Counted from the first letter of the whole stretch, positions 40,263-54,152 are shown. The stretch: DNA of 62,639 nt, filler included, from Choristocarpus tenellus KU-1152 (GCA_964200185.2; 13 parts of 13 records of this genome joined end to end with filler, not necessarily neighbours in it); one strand, 5' to 3'. Numbers and translations are program-made. The notes: generated by a model from the sequence alone, not told the origin.

Positions 40263-41423
40263 CTGGAGAAGATGTGATCGATTTTGATGTGCGTGTGCCC
40301 CACCATCATAAAATGTATCTCGACCACACGAATGACACTTGCCGCAACCAACAGTCCCGCGTATCTGAGAAAGAAATTGTTCTTGTTCTCTGAGACGCAG
40401 TTGTCGACCTGGCCAGTTTGGGGAGTTGGGAGCGAGGGAGGGATGGGCGTGAGGCCAATATATCAGCCCATTTCGCCGCGTTTCGTGGAGGAACAGGGTA
40501 GGTTTCCAGTATTGCTAGAGCGCAATCTCTACATCACCGCCATAATACATGCAGGTTGCAACATACAAACCAAAACTAAAGACCGTGCAGTTAGTTACTT
40601 GACTGGTATTCAGCGAGTATGTGTTGAGTAGGTCGTGTCAAGATGAAACCTTCTTACCTGCCAATGCGCGTGCAGGATGATGCAATTCCCCGAGTCATCG
40701 AGGCTGTTGCGATACTTGTCGATAAGCCTTGTGAGGACAAGGTGGGTGGCTGTGCAGACAAGGTTACAACCTGCGCGAACAATGATGTTCAACAACTGTT
40801 TGCAAAAAGTACTCTGCTCACTTATGCATTGTTTATTTGGAGCTAAAAAGAGGGGTAATGTAATTTGTTTATGCAATGTAGAGGACATACACCCATACGG
40901 CTGATGTACATGTCTACGATCTCCACTACCCGTTGATTAGCTCTTACGCTACTCTACAGTACGTACCTCCTCCAAGATTGATAGGAGAGAAGAACACCTC
41001 CGCGAACTGGCCTTCGACGTGTGCGGTCATAATCTTCTGGCGCTTGGATTAGCCCCTGATAAGGGGGACATGAACGAAAGGAACATATAAAGAAAGGTCA
41101 TCATGATGAACGGAATAGGTAGTGGAATTATGTGCGTTTGTTTTGGCGATTATTTCTTGGGACTTTGCACTCATCCGTACGATAAAACATGGTCGACTAT
41201 TCTGTTCCGCGTGCGGCTGCAAACTTCTTGTTGGATGGACTATGCGTGCGTGTGGTTACCTGTCACCGCCGTGGGTAGGTGGGTAAAGTGCTGGGAGGGC
41301 GTGTGCTGTCTGGTTCGCGGCGTCTACGGACATGAAGACGAAGCCGAGAGGTTTGCCGTCGGCTTTGGCCCGCATGGCGTTGCTGATGCTGTTGGCGATG
41401 ACCAGCCGATCCGCTTTGATAAT
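40263..41423 (-). pseudogene. Intron-containing Sola1-like (DUF7869-type) DDD transposase; four core exons
   Basis: GT-AG exons 41423-41260, 41055-40967, 40770-40658 and 40408-40263 splice in phase to ..FMSVDAANQTAHALP..GDRG*SKRQKIMTAHVEG..LGGGCNLVCT..HWQVDNCVSENKNNFF..FMMVGHTHIKIDHIFSR. The DNC..NKN and GHTH..ID..FS motifs are typical of this family. One in-frame TAA at 41051-41049. Confidence 0.8.
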
Positions 41424-42239
41424 CTGGCGAATGGGGGACAGCAACATCACGGGAATTAATCAAATAAATCTGCTCAGAGTTAAGAAAAATGCGCTAACTT
41501 GTTAACGCGTATCAGCTTAGCTAGTAACAAAAATATAGTCTGGGTAACAATAGATGTTAGTATTGGGATATGTTTTTTATTGCTGCGTTCAAGACAAACA
41601 CCAAGTTATCGGGATAGTAGGAAGTACGCATGTACCGGGCCAGAAGAACGCTACATGACCTGTCCCTCCCACAGCCCGTTGTACACTACCAGGAAGCAGT
41701 CTGTCTTACAAGGTGTTTGGGCAGCTAATAACAGCAAGTTTTGTGGTGAATGAGGCTACTGCTGCAGCCATAAACACCTACGTAGGAGTCTTCATTCGCA
41801 AAAGGACTCAGATTTACTTCAAAACGGAGGGCAATGACGGTGACATGTTGTCACTGTACCCTTGTTGCAAAATTAACGCTGGACACCTACCTGTCGATGG
41901 TCTGACAGCTCCGTATCGATGGACTCAAGGACGGTGGATTCGTTCGTGGGTTTTACACCAGGTGCACTGTGACGCTTCTCTTTTCACGTGACACATATGT
42001 CACATTTCATAAACTCGCCTCCTACCCTCACCCGGATGTTGNNNNNNNNNNNNNNNNNNNNNNNNNNNNNNNNNNNNNNNNNNNNTTAATTAATTAANNN
42101 NNNNNNNNNNNNNNNNNNNNNNNNNNNNNNNNNNNNNNNNNTTGCTATGGTAAACAGAGCATCCATAGAAAAACACCAAATCCCCACATACGATAAAATT
42201 CTGGGTGATATGTGCATGCGCCTATTCCACCACCAAATC

Positions 42240-43500
42240 CCTAGGGGTACTAGTTCTGCCCAAGCAAGCATTCCACACCTAACTATGATCCCCCCCTCGA
42301 AGCCCTCCAAAACATCGTTCCAGCACAGTATTTCGTCGCCATCCACTAGGGCATTCAGGGGAATTTACCCAAATTCTCAGCCTTTTCCTTGCTAAGATGG
42401 GGAATTTTGAAGACTTTGTCATCCTTGGACCCCAGCAGTTCACCGTAGACTGTGAAGAGGCTCTGCCGGACGCACTCTAGGGTCTCCCGGAGGTACACAT
42501 TGAACACCTCCATTGTGGCCTCCACCAACTCCTCTTGTTGGTCACCCCCATGTCTTCCTTCCGTTCCTTGATGGAATAAAATTATCTCAGGTTGTTGGAA
42601 TTGAGGTCAGATGAGTTGGCTGGCTGGTTCTCTATTACAATGTCGTTCCCTGCCACCTCCTCAATTGCCTCCATTATCCCCCCCTTGGTGTGTGTGTGGC
42701 TTTGCTCCATCCTGCTGTACAAAGATGGTGTGTCCTTCCGGCCTAGGAATGTGGCCCTTGATTGCCAGGATGACATCCTCGACCATGAGCTTCTTATACC
42801 TCTCCCCGTACACCGTGACTGGTACAAGCACCTTGGGTGGCGTTTGTCAGAGCACTGAGCAACCTTAGTGTCCATGGTTCGCCAGGTCCTGATTTTCTCA
42901 TCAAACCACACCCCGTTGAAGAACTTCTTAGGGTGGGCCACAACTCCAAAGAACATCACCTTCGTAATGCAATGCTTATTCTGTCCCCATGGGGGCTTGG
43001 TGAGTGCAGGTACACACCTTACCTACCTTTTAGGATGTAAAACCACTTCTCGCTCACATACACCCAGTCATACAGATCATCCGCTAATAACCCACTTCCC
43101 TTCCTGTGGGTGTGGCTGACGATAAAACCCACGTTGTTGACTTCCTGCTGGTCTGAGAGGACTGGCCTAATCCACCACTTGACTTTCTTCACCTTCTCAT
43201 ACTCGCCCAGATCCCAAAACGAAGCAAGGGAGACCCCAGCTTTGGTCGCCCATTTGCAGAAGAATGTATGGTGTACTGATGGGACTTCCAAACGTTGAAG
43301 ATACTTGTACGGCGGCTACATTGCCCATTGCGATGTCCTACAAGGTCCATGCATTCACACCGTGCAAATCTGCCTGTCATATTCCTTCAGATGATGGAAC
43401 ACGGTGATTCGGGAAATTCCGAAGTCCTCAGTGATGACCGCCGCCATCCCCCAAGGCATCCGAGTCTTGCCCCCTCTTGCCTCCAGGCGTTGCACCACCA
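42240..43500 (-). pseudogene. Decayed Tc1/mariner transposase (DD39D / plant-mariner-like)
   Basis: With frameshifts: IRPVLSDQQ..DLYDWVYVSEKWFY; MFFGVVAHP..FDEKIRTW; VQQDGAKPH; NQPANSSDLN; ELVEAT..FKIPHLSK..LGKFP. Confidence 0.88.
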
Positions 43501-46500
43501 TGTTGTTCTTCATCTGTGTGTTTGAATCTAGACCCTGGACATACTACTGGTTCAAAGAATTGGGACTGACTGGCAATGACAGGTGTGTGAGCTGCTCGAA
43601 TGATGGGGGCCCTTTGTCTTACGCATCCCAATAAACACCCACTTTGACAGTTTCACGAGATTTTTGAACCCTGTCCAAAGCGACTTGGTCGACTTTGCAC
43701 CGGTGATCCTCCACAGTCATGACAGCCCACCATCTCAAACTTTGCACACCTCCAAATATATATGAGAACTAGGCCTCATCAAGAGGGGGGTTTATCATGT
43801 GGGTCATTCCCGGGCGAGAACAAACACTACAAATGATACGTTACATTTAATTTGGAATGGAGGAAGTAGTCCATAAAAACAGGCCTTAGGAACAGTTTTT
43901 ATTATAGAAGCATTTCACAGACCGACCCCTCCCACTAATCCGGAAATTTCCCGATTTCTGCCGTTTCGGACATCAACAGACGGCAGACCAGTAGGATGCT
44001 ATATTATACACTAACCCCAAACAGTGTATGAAATGCCACATGTATTGTCGAAAGGGTTATTTCCTAGTCATAATATAAAACCAGCTAAACTGAAGCTTAA
44101 CACTGCTTTGCAGAGTGTGCCCGGAAAAGAATAATGACCCTTCTGCATGAAATATACCTCCACATAGATTGGAGGATAGAGGAACATGATGGACACTGAC
44201 GAAGGTTGTCTTTGATTGGTGACTGGTTAAGGTAAGGAAGAAGGGAACAGCTTTCGGACTCAGTTGGATATAATGAAACATTATGAATATAAAAGGTGAA
44301 AGTCGACTGATTGTCACGATGCCAAATGGCAAAATGTCCTTTGTGTGGTCTGTAAACAGGGTATATAACATAATTTCAAGCAAATTGTAGAACAAACAAC
44401 AAACCAGGATCAATCAATCTCGAAAAAGAGAAAGGATCTTGCTATATATATCTGAATGAAGCGCCTTCTCAGATATTGTGAATACAAATACGCTCACAGA
44501 TATTGCCAACTCCACACACAAGAGTGCAGGGACGGCAATACAGTAAACATTAAGTTAAAAAAAAACTTCTATCCTTGGCTATAGTCCACATATACAGGCA
44601 AAAACTGCGAGTGCTCCATGACGGGACTGGTTGAAACCTACTATGCATTTATAGTTGCGCAAAATATATCAACCTCCCACTATAGCACAAAAATGTATAA
44701 TTACTTACTCCCTCAGTTCCCCCAAAGCCCTTCAGTCTTGAAAGGACCATCAAGTTCAAGTTTGTAAGTAGTATTGCTGATCTGTCAAAGGTGAAGCACA
44801 TGGGAGAGGAAAATATGAATAGGGGTCAGAGAAATGTAATTTAGAGGTAGACAAGGTTACTTTTTTAAGGATCCCAAGAACGGACAAAAATTCACAAGAA
44901 AATCGGAGAAAGATCTTATGGTGAATTGTGATTCTTCTTTGTGTGTGGAGAGGGGGAATATCATCAATCTTGCAGTACATCACTTGTGCACATTAAACAA
45001 TGAACGAGATTATACTCGAGTATTGCACAGGGTAAGAAAGATGGCTTAGAAAGCAAAAGGGTCCAAACCTGCCTACCTAATAACTTCCACTCTAAAGCTA
45101 AAAAAGTAATCTTTAGCATGTACTCTCGGGTATCCTGCTACCACTGTTAACTGGTATTGTATATATATTATCTTCTCAATTACTGTAGAGATTTGTTGCT
45201 TGCACTGCGTTGTTTGCTTCAACTTCATGGCAGCGATCAGCTATTTGCGCAGTATGGATCACCACCTTGCAAACTCTCTTATTCAACCTCTATCTTGTAC
45301 TACTAGAAAAATACTTGAAAGAATCTTTGACCATATTATATTTTGATTTATTATTTTGTTTTTTGCTCACAATATGCAAGTGCTACACTATTAATATGGG
45401 GAGTAGAAAAGTGATGTAAAAATATATCCACAACAGGAGCATATGTTGGGTTGATTAAAAGCACAATTATTTGTACTTAACACTAATGAGTACACACTAT
45501 TAGTGAGTAGGTGTAGTGTTACAGGCGAATAGCGCGAGTATTTCTTCTTATATTTCAACGAAGTNNNNNNNNNNNNNNNNNNNNNNNNNNNNNNNNNNNN
45601 NNNNNNNNTTAATTAATTAANNNNNNNNNNNNNNNNNNNNNNNNNNNNNNNNNNNNNNNNNNNNATCTCGCCGGGTTTATCACCTTTATCCTCTTTGATG
45701 ATTTTGGGGATACTTTAACACAGTCTACCTACCCAAGTCACTCCAGTCGCTAGCTATAGCTACAGTATTTTCTTGCATTTAAGCATGTCGAAAACTCGCT
45801 TACAAAAGCTGAGAACTGCACCTGGGTTATGTGGTAAACATGCACTGATCATTAGTTATCCTATGGACTCTTATCTTAGCCGGCTATCAACTGATACACG
45901 AACAAAAACTTGCTCATCATAGAATGTATTGTACCGAACATCACATAAACGTACTTGGAACTGTTGGGCTGTACTAGCGCACACAGTTATCGCAACAGGG
46001 AGGGATGAGGAAAGGTGATAATGTTCTTGGTAAAAGGGGCGGGAGGCAGTAGTGGATCAAGGTCGGGACCAGGGCTGGAGAAGGTCAAGGAAAGATGGAA
46101 AATGGAAAAGATGGAAAATGGAAATGGGAAGAGGGAGGGGAACGACGGAATTGAGACCTTTGCATGGAGATGAAGGCAGACTTGGCCGGGGTTTGTCACA
46201 GGAAGTGGGGGGTATAGATGAACAAAATAAATGGGGGAGGGAGCTGGCAGGGCGGGTTTGGGAGGTGATGAATAAATCAAAGGACGGCTAGATGCTACCA
46301 GCACAACCATTCTTGCCAGAAATGAGAGAGGACATTTTGACGTCGGACCAGGATACAGATCTTCTACTGGAGCATGTCTAGATATATCTACAAGGGAAGA
46401 GGATACTAAACAGCTTAGGCTGGCTGCAAAAAGGCAACAAGGCCTAACAGGGACAATTTGAAGGCAATGGCAAGAGGTTGCCGGCTGCAGAGACTTGCTA

Positions 46501-49500
46501 CTGTAGTGTCTGCGACTTATCAGTGAGGGACACGAAGGAGGAGCTGCAAAGACAATTGTCACAGGGTCAAAGGTGAGATAGCTCCATTCGTACTGAGGAC
46601 AACAGTCTTAGCACATTGTGGCAAGGGCCCAGGAAAGGTCACTTTTGAGTCCACCACACACATTCCCTTCAAGACTGGTTCTATTGGTGGAATGGGATGG
46701 GGGAATCAGTAGGGTGAACAGTATAGACATTGTCTCCAGTGCAATGCACTGAAGGGATTGAAGCATATACCACTGTCGTCACTTTTCAACCTAGGATTGC
46801 GCCTATGGTCCTGAAACACAGTCGTGCCATTGATTCATTTCCTCTTAGAGAGTTAGAACTTGCCACTGAAGGTTGTACAACGAGCCTAGTCAATCACACT
46901 GCAATTCGATAAGTTTCCCTCACAGCATACTCTTGTTTCATGGATCACAGTTATACACAAACCGAGCGAGAACGGAACTGCAGAACATCACCATGAAAAG
47001 ATGGAATACACGAAGAGTTAGAGGTCCTGGGCTTTGTGGTCCATCAGCTGCAAACAAAAAGAGTCACAGTCTGTGGAAACACTTGGTGTCTTGGCGAGTT
47101 GACGAAGACAGTAAATGCGATATCGGGAAAACCAAGAAAGATCTGGGGCCAGCTGCCACCACTTCTTAACAGTAGTGTTGGCAGGGAGGATGTAGTGCTG
47201 GAGCTTTTGTGAGAGGGGAGCTTGTCCAAGACGCCGCAGCTCAAAAACAAGAAGGCCAAGTCTGGAGAAGTCAAGCTTGAGCTGAGAAGAGAGAGAAGTG
47301 GGACTATCACTGCCAGGACCCTGGGGTCGGTAGACAAGTCGAGAGCGATGGCCAATGCAAGGATCAACCCATGGTTCAAGGATGGTGGTGCACGTGGTGA
47401 AAACAACCAAGACTAGGAAACCAGAGCACCTGGCAAGCTTGGGGGGGAACGATTGTGGGAGGTTCATTGGTAAGAGTGACAATTCAAGTGGAAGTAGTCA
47501 GAGCCTTGGTTGCTGGGGTGGATAACTGTTTGTGTGCTTATATTTCTTTCTTGGTTCTTCTTGTCGTTATACATTTCCCTTTTTCGTCTTCTTTCTGTTC
47601 TAGTCTTCCTAGGATTTAGTTTTTTCAAGCAGCCACGGCATGGGTTGGCTCGTACCCATCAACTTGTGTCTTTTCTCTAAACTGTCGATGAGTATACTGT
47701 ATGAATGTAAGGGTCTGAGTGCTTCAGTTTATGGGCAAGGGCCGAGGGCCATCAGTGAGAGTGGCAATGGCAGTGTCCGTAACAGTAGCAGTAGTTCGAG
47801 GTTTGGTCACTAAAGATGAAGGACTCTTAGAATATTCTTCCGTTTTTTACTTTCTTAATTCTTAGCCTTTCAGTTCCTTCAAAAGATCTTACACAACATT
47901 CAGTTGTATCGTTTTCCTCGTTTTCTCGGTATTTTTCAGTCTTTTCGTTTTTCCTTCCAAACACCTTGCAACATCTATGTCTTTTTCCTTCTTCATCACA
48001 GGCAGGAAATCTTCGGCGAATTTGCAATTTTCGAATGCTGCAGCACGCGTGCCCAGTTTTTGTCTTATTGTTGCGATGTTCTACTGTATGCCTTAGGTGG
48101 TCATGTCTCTCATTGGGACCGGAAGAGTACTCCTCATCTACTATCCAATAGCCTTGGCAACATTCGTTTACAAAGGGCCAGGAAGGTGGGAAGGGAGCTA
48201 AAGCTATAAGGACTGCCGCAGTCCCGCAATTAGAAGACTGGCAAGTCAAGGATGGATGCCAACAGAAAACACAGAGGAGGATCAAGGTTGGAGTGTGTTA
48301 TTTTGTGAGACTTCGAAGTAGTAGATTCTACTTTGGTTTGCCAGGGAGGGTTTACCACTGTAGACCTCACTGCCAGCTTGTTAGTCGAGAAGAGTGCTCT
48401 GGGAGAGATTCGTAATGTTTCTTCTTTAAGTGGGTGACGTTGGTGAGGGAGACGTAAAAATCTCACCATTAACATTTAGCTAGAAGGTTGCATGCCCTAC
48501 GATTGCTCATTGTTAAGACTTACTCGTGCCAGGCTATTGATATGATGGTGTTCAGAAGTGGGCATTTTTTTTCTTGAAGGAGTGATTTTCAACATTCTGT
48601 GTCTAGGATTTGTAAATAAATATTCATGCCTTGGTTGTGATGGGCAAATTGTTAACTAAAGTTAGGGGTCATTCAGGTCACGGTGTCAATCTAGAAGTAG
48701 CATGAAGTGTGAAGAAATTAGGTTCCATGTCAGCATGGAGTATACCATTTGTTTCGGGCTTGTTAAATACGGCATTCACCACCACGGCTGACTATACAAG
48801 GAGTACACATTGTACTCCAGAGTATTTGTAGTGGAGTAATTTTGCACTTGGCTTATTATGTGGAAGAACATACATTTCCTCTTCTACTGCCACAGGCCCC
48901 GAAGGGGGCTCACCTATATTTTTGGTATGGAATGGCGAGTTAGGCAGAACATTTATCACATCGAATAAAGCATGATTTAAGTAATTTGTGTTTGATAAAT
49001 AAATCAGTAGACAAAAATATGTGTGCTGAGACATAGGTTGCTCTCTTCGTAATACATAGATACAGTTCAGTATCACGACCGTTCCTCCTCCAAACAATGT
49101 TTCCATAGTGTGTAGGTATCCACATCTCCCATATCCCGACCTGCATGGTATATTGATCATAACTTCCCGCTGCACTTAGTATGTTCATATTTAGAGGTCT
49201 GATTGGTAGACTGTTATCCACCATATCACCTCAATACGTCACTACCCATGTGACACATACGTGTTGACTCAAACTTGAATTGATTCTTGTTGATTTATAC
49301 TTCAGGACAGATAACCCTGGAATCTTATTTTATAGTTTTAAGGTGTCACCCGCTTGTGAGACCTCAACCTCACTCTACAATAAGGGTACCTTGATGCACA
49401 CCTTGACGGGATACATTCAGAGTTAATACATTCACAATTTTCTTTACTAGAAACAAGCCTCTACTCAGAGCATGCATCACCATCCTGCAAAGTGCTGTAC

Positions 49501-50481
49501 TGTCTCAGAGCCCACCACCAGAGACGTTATTACTTTGAATCCCATCAGTACTTGAGTGGGCTGGATCGCCTCTTTGCATTACCAGACTTCAAGTCTCTAC
49601 ACGGAGTACGTTGTTACCCGAACAATCGATTGATCCAGTTCAAGATATTAACCATATGAACGTTATTGAAGGAGTGGTTAAGATGTACAAAATCACTTTT
49701 ACCCGGGTAACGTTTACCACAAATCATGTACTGAGTAAAATATCATGTTGTTGAGGATTGATGTACAAATACCGATTTGTCGATGTAACCTTGGTTAGGA
49801 TGTACACGTGATTATTTGACTTCACTCGCCAGAAAATCAACATGTATAATGATATGTCCTTTTCGTGTCTAGAGAAGATGTTTGCTGATCTCTTGCTACC
49901 TCATCTTGATATACTACCTCTGTGCATAAGTTTGTGCCGCTAAACATCTGGACTAGCCGAGCGAGAACGGCGCTGAATCGGACGATATCCCCACAGAATG
50001 AAATCGGGTTGATAATCTCAGCTTTCAGAAAAGGTGGGGGTCGAGGATAATCGGGTACAAACTCAAGGTGCTTCAAGCCCTCAAAGCAGGGGTCTTTTGG
50101 GGTGATTTTGAGGCCAGAGCTGGGCACGTCAAGGGTCAGAACGTCAGCATGGCAACCCCCCCGTCGACCCCCCCCCCGCGCAGGCGGGCGGCCCCGGGGC
50201 GCCTGACTGCCCGGGCGCGGCGGGGAGGACGGCCCACCCCCGCNNNNNNNNNNNNNNNNNNNNNNNNNNNNNNNNNNNNNNNNNNNNTTAATTAATTAAN
50301 NNNNNNNNNNNNNNNNNNNNNNNNNNNNNNNNNNNNNNNNNNNCCTTGCAACAATAAAAACCTGTGTAGCCTCCCCCCCCAACCTTCAAATGGAAACCTG
50401 CTTGGCAACACCCCTACCTGTTTGCTTTCATTTCCCCCCCTAATAATTATTTCTGGTATTTTTTGTCATGGAAAAAAACAG

Positions 50482-50595
50482 ACGGAGAAGTTGGGCATCT
50501 GTGAAGAGTACCAGGACCAGATGAAGGAGCTGGATGAGATCCTTGCCAAAGGACCTGCATCCAACGTTGTATCGCTTGAACAGCTTGCTCTGCAG
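50482..50595 (+). CDS. Penultimate exon of an unknown (coiled-coil) protein
   Basis: CAG acceptor, GTAAGA donor, 114 nt, phase 0-0: TEKLGICEEYQDQMKELDEILAKGPASNVVSLEQLALQ. Confidence 0.65.
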
Positions 50596-51949
50596 GTAAG
50601 AACATATGTTTTTAGAATGATTTCTAGTGTTGCAAATCGAAATTTTGTTGCTAAGTATAAAAAACACCGCCGAACATGTTTACCGTGTTGTTTTGAACTG
50701 ATGAATGATGTGTTGCGGGGTTCCGGATCAAAATGAAGTTTAAACCCACCAGTTGCTACTACATCACCCCAAGCTCAAGCCACATTAAATATTGTGTTGG
50801 CTCTTTTGACCCAATTTTTTGAAAATATATACTCTGCGATGCTTTTGTTCAATAACCTCACACTGTCTGTCTCACGTTAAAAATAAATAAATTGTGTACT
50901 GGGTGAGTGTTAAGAGCATTCTAGTGCGATGCAGCACAGCGTTTCGTTGAAAAGATGTATGTAGGGTTGAAATTTTGGTATCACGACACGGGATGTGGGA
51001 CACTGCCACTGAACCAGTAGATATTCTGTAGGTGACCATGAACCTTGGTAGGGAGGCCAAGGTGTTCATCTAGAGCATCAGTTGCGTTGGGCTGTTTTTT
51101 CTCATGAAGCGAGTGGGGTATGCAATGGTCATGACAGTGCTAAATTGCTTTGGGGAAAAAAAAGCTCTGCCTTTTGAAGCCAAAACTGATTTTTAGATAT
51201 TGCTTGGACCCAATCTGGGTTCACATTGTGCTAGGTACCTGTGGGACTGGGAGGCACAGCTCCCTCTCTAGAGCATCCTCCTCTCCTCCTCCTTGTGAAT
51301 GTAGAAGTGTACTTGATCGGGTTGTGCACCCAGATCAATTCCATGGCTTTAGAAACAAGTTTGTCTTCCCAAGCAAATGGTTTCGTTCCTGCTCTGTGAT
51401 GTGTTGAAACACTGCCGCCCTACTAGTTTCAGTTTAATATTCCTTGATTGTGGAGGTTAGATTAATGAACACTTGAGGGGAAGTGTGTTTTTGATACACA
51501 TATTAAACACCATTGTAAATGTCCTCTCTCCTGTGATGTGCCCAAAAATTTTTCCAACTTTTTTTTTTTGTTCTGTTAAGGTGACCGGTATGTTAGCACC
51601 AGTTTCGAAACGAATTGATAGTTTCAAGTATTGGGGTGCGTGTATCTAGGCGTCATGGTACCTGTATGAACAGGTCTACTCTTGGCGTGTGACCCATTAT
51701 TTGTTGACTTCCCAAGATTTCCAGGTGTTAACTGTCATCAAATCTTATTATGAGCATAGTCTTCCACTTCCTTCTTGTCGATTGAAGTGTAGTATTTCAA
51801 GTGTAAGATATTCTAATCTCATTTGACCACACCTTCCATTACTGAGGAGATGCAAGAAATAGAACCTTGGGAGTCTTTTTTTTTTGCTCTATCCTTAACT
51901 TCTTACCCACCCCCCCCTCTATGCTCGCACACCCTCCTGGACTTTGCAG

Positions 51950-52009
51950 AACAAGAAGCTCATTGAGGAGAACAGCCGCCTCCGTGCTAGCCTTGGCACC
52001 TACAAGTAG
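51950..52009 (+). CDS. Terminal coding exon of the same gene
   Basis: Pyrimidine tract and TTTGCAG acceptor. NKKLIEENSRLRASLGTYK-stop continues in frame. Confidence 0.6.
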   Translation, partial: NKKLIEENSRLRASLGTYK

Positions 52010-53926
52010 ATCCCAACATTTGCAATTGGGTACACAAATTTTTGTCCTTGTTAATGGACTTTAGTGTGTTGTACCTCCTAACGGGTCTGGTGTGCTGTGT
52101 ATGGTGTACCAATGCAAGCGTCTTTCAAGTGTTTGGCTGTTGTGGTGGGGGGGGGGAAAAGAGGGGGGGTAGGGTGTAATGTGTACAAACAATCACTTGC
52201 TCAAAAGTCATGTCTGGTAGGGTGTTGGTCGTTCGTCTCTCTTTGTATGTGACAGCTTGAGGCCAGAATTTTGAATGGACTGGAGGTAATTTTTCAAGTA
52301 TTGAGACTTGGATGTGCACTTCTCGGCCTTGCTGCTCCCTCCCTCCCACCCACCTCCTCACCCCCTCACCTCCCCCTCCCCCTGCCTTGGTCAAGTGTTG
52401 CTGTCCCCACATTCTTGTTATTTGGGGGTTCTTCTTCCTCTACCCAAGGTGTTTCCTTCTGAATGGTTGTGGGGTCGTTTTGCCATGTGGAAAGAGAACC
52501 AAAATGGTTTCCATGGTTGCATACTTGGCAATAGGTTTAAGTTATAGATAGGAGGCTCAAGGGGGCCGTGGAATGTGGTTAATAGAGGGTTTGAAGAGTT
52601 CTTGTGCCTTTCAAGGATTTGAGATTTGAGTTAGGTGCTAGGTATAACTCACAATGCACGGAATGATCACACACATCACGTTTTGCACATTTATTTTCTT
52701 TTTGGCACCTCAGTTATATGCTTGAGAGCCAGTTCTGTGTATGCAAAGAAATTGCACTAAATTGTCTTAAATTTTTTTCAAAAAATATTATGACACTGTT
52801 TTGGTGTTTTTGAGAAGTGTGTCATTAGATGATGAAGTTGCTACATTTGTATACTCTCCTTTTTTTGGTAGGTAGTACCTGTCAAGAAGTTGAATGGAAA
52901 TGTAGACTGTTTTTGTTTGAATGAAATGACACCGCTTTTCATTTTTCACTATTGGGTCATGTCGAATGACATGAAAGGAACATAGTTTGCTGATAGGATC
53001 TTCCCTTTCTCAAGAGATGTTACCTCCGATCAAGGCACAGGCAGTATTTATTATCAGAAAGGCAAGCTATAGCCTTTTTTGTGTATTTTTATGAGAATGG
53101 AATGTTACCCTACTCAATGTCAGGAACTGCTGAAAAATTGGCTATCAACAGTTCCTGTAAGGAGAGTGCATTTAATGAGATTTTGATTCAGTTCTAGTAT
53201 TAATGAAATTGCAGTAAGACTGTTGGAAAAAGTATATACTATTTGCGGTAATGATACATAACGCCATTCCAATTTATTTGAAATTTCTAAACTGATGAAT
53301 GGTTCGCCCAAAAAAGAGGCTCCTGCATCAATGTAAAATTATTGCAATTGAAAAAAAGCCCTTCTGTTAAACTGGTGAATAATTTTCCCAGATCGGTGTG
53401 GTGGATATGGATGGTAGAACACGTCAAATCCCTTACACATACTCATTTGTTGAGAGTCTTCCATGTTGAAAAAAATAGTCCAAGTTTTCTCCACAAGTAT
53501 CCCAATTTGTAAAATTATGAAAGAGGCTTTACTGAATTGTGTTGTCACTATGTGGAACAGGGGAATATTAATATTGTGTACACTATTGTCCAAATGAAGG
53601 CAATGAAACAAGAGTATATTGCACGCAAGGGATAGGAAAGGTTGCTTAGAATGCAAAAGGGGACCAAACCTAATGCCTCCCGATAAAAAATTGACTCACA
53701 AGAGTGTGTCAGGCATAGTATACAAAAAATCTTGTTCCTTAACAAGTCTAAATTGTCACAACTTTTGGATAATACGACTCTACATGCATGCACCAACCAA
53801 TCCTTAGGCACAGAGCAAATGTCAGATTCATGTCCTTCAAAGCGGGAACCATTTTTGACCCTGCAGTTCTTCCACCCCACTCCGACTGCACCATTTTGAC
53901 CTCCTCGTCAAACTTAGTCAGCCGCA

Positions 53927-54152
53927 GAGTCAAAGTATCTTAGAGGGTAGAGCCGCGTCCATTTAGGGACCAAAATCCAATGTGTCGATTTTTGTTAGGA
54001 AGTGTCAGTATCCATGTTCCAGACACACCTTTTCAAAACACAAACACTTTTCCTACTCCTGAACATTTCGGAGTAGGAAAATGTCATAAAAGAACCCATG
54101 GGAACTCAAGTCCCAAATGAACAGACTCGTACCCTCTAAGATACTTTCACTC
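53927..54152 (-). mobile_element. MITE family B (reverse orientation, internal deletions)
   Basis: GAGTCAAAGTATCTTAGAGGGTA ... TACCCTCTAAGATACTTTCACTC, a near-perfect 23-bp TIR. Confidence 0.92.

Noticed and set aside
41049-41051. Alternative genetic code (TAA read as Gln), suggested by in-frame TAA here, at about 4492 and at about 30005
   Set aside because: These lie in decayed or uncertain sequences, some with frameshifts or TGA stops. The clean host exons have no in-frame TAA/TAG and one appears to end at TAG. Ordinary point mutation explains it.
53120-53700. Possible Harbinger transposase remnant
   Set aside because: The resemblance is faint, no catalytic motif is intact, and it cannot be supported without an HMM search.
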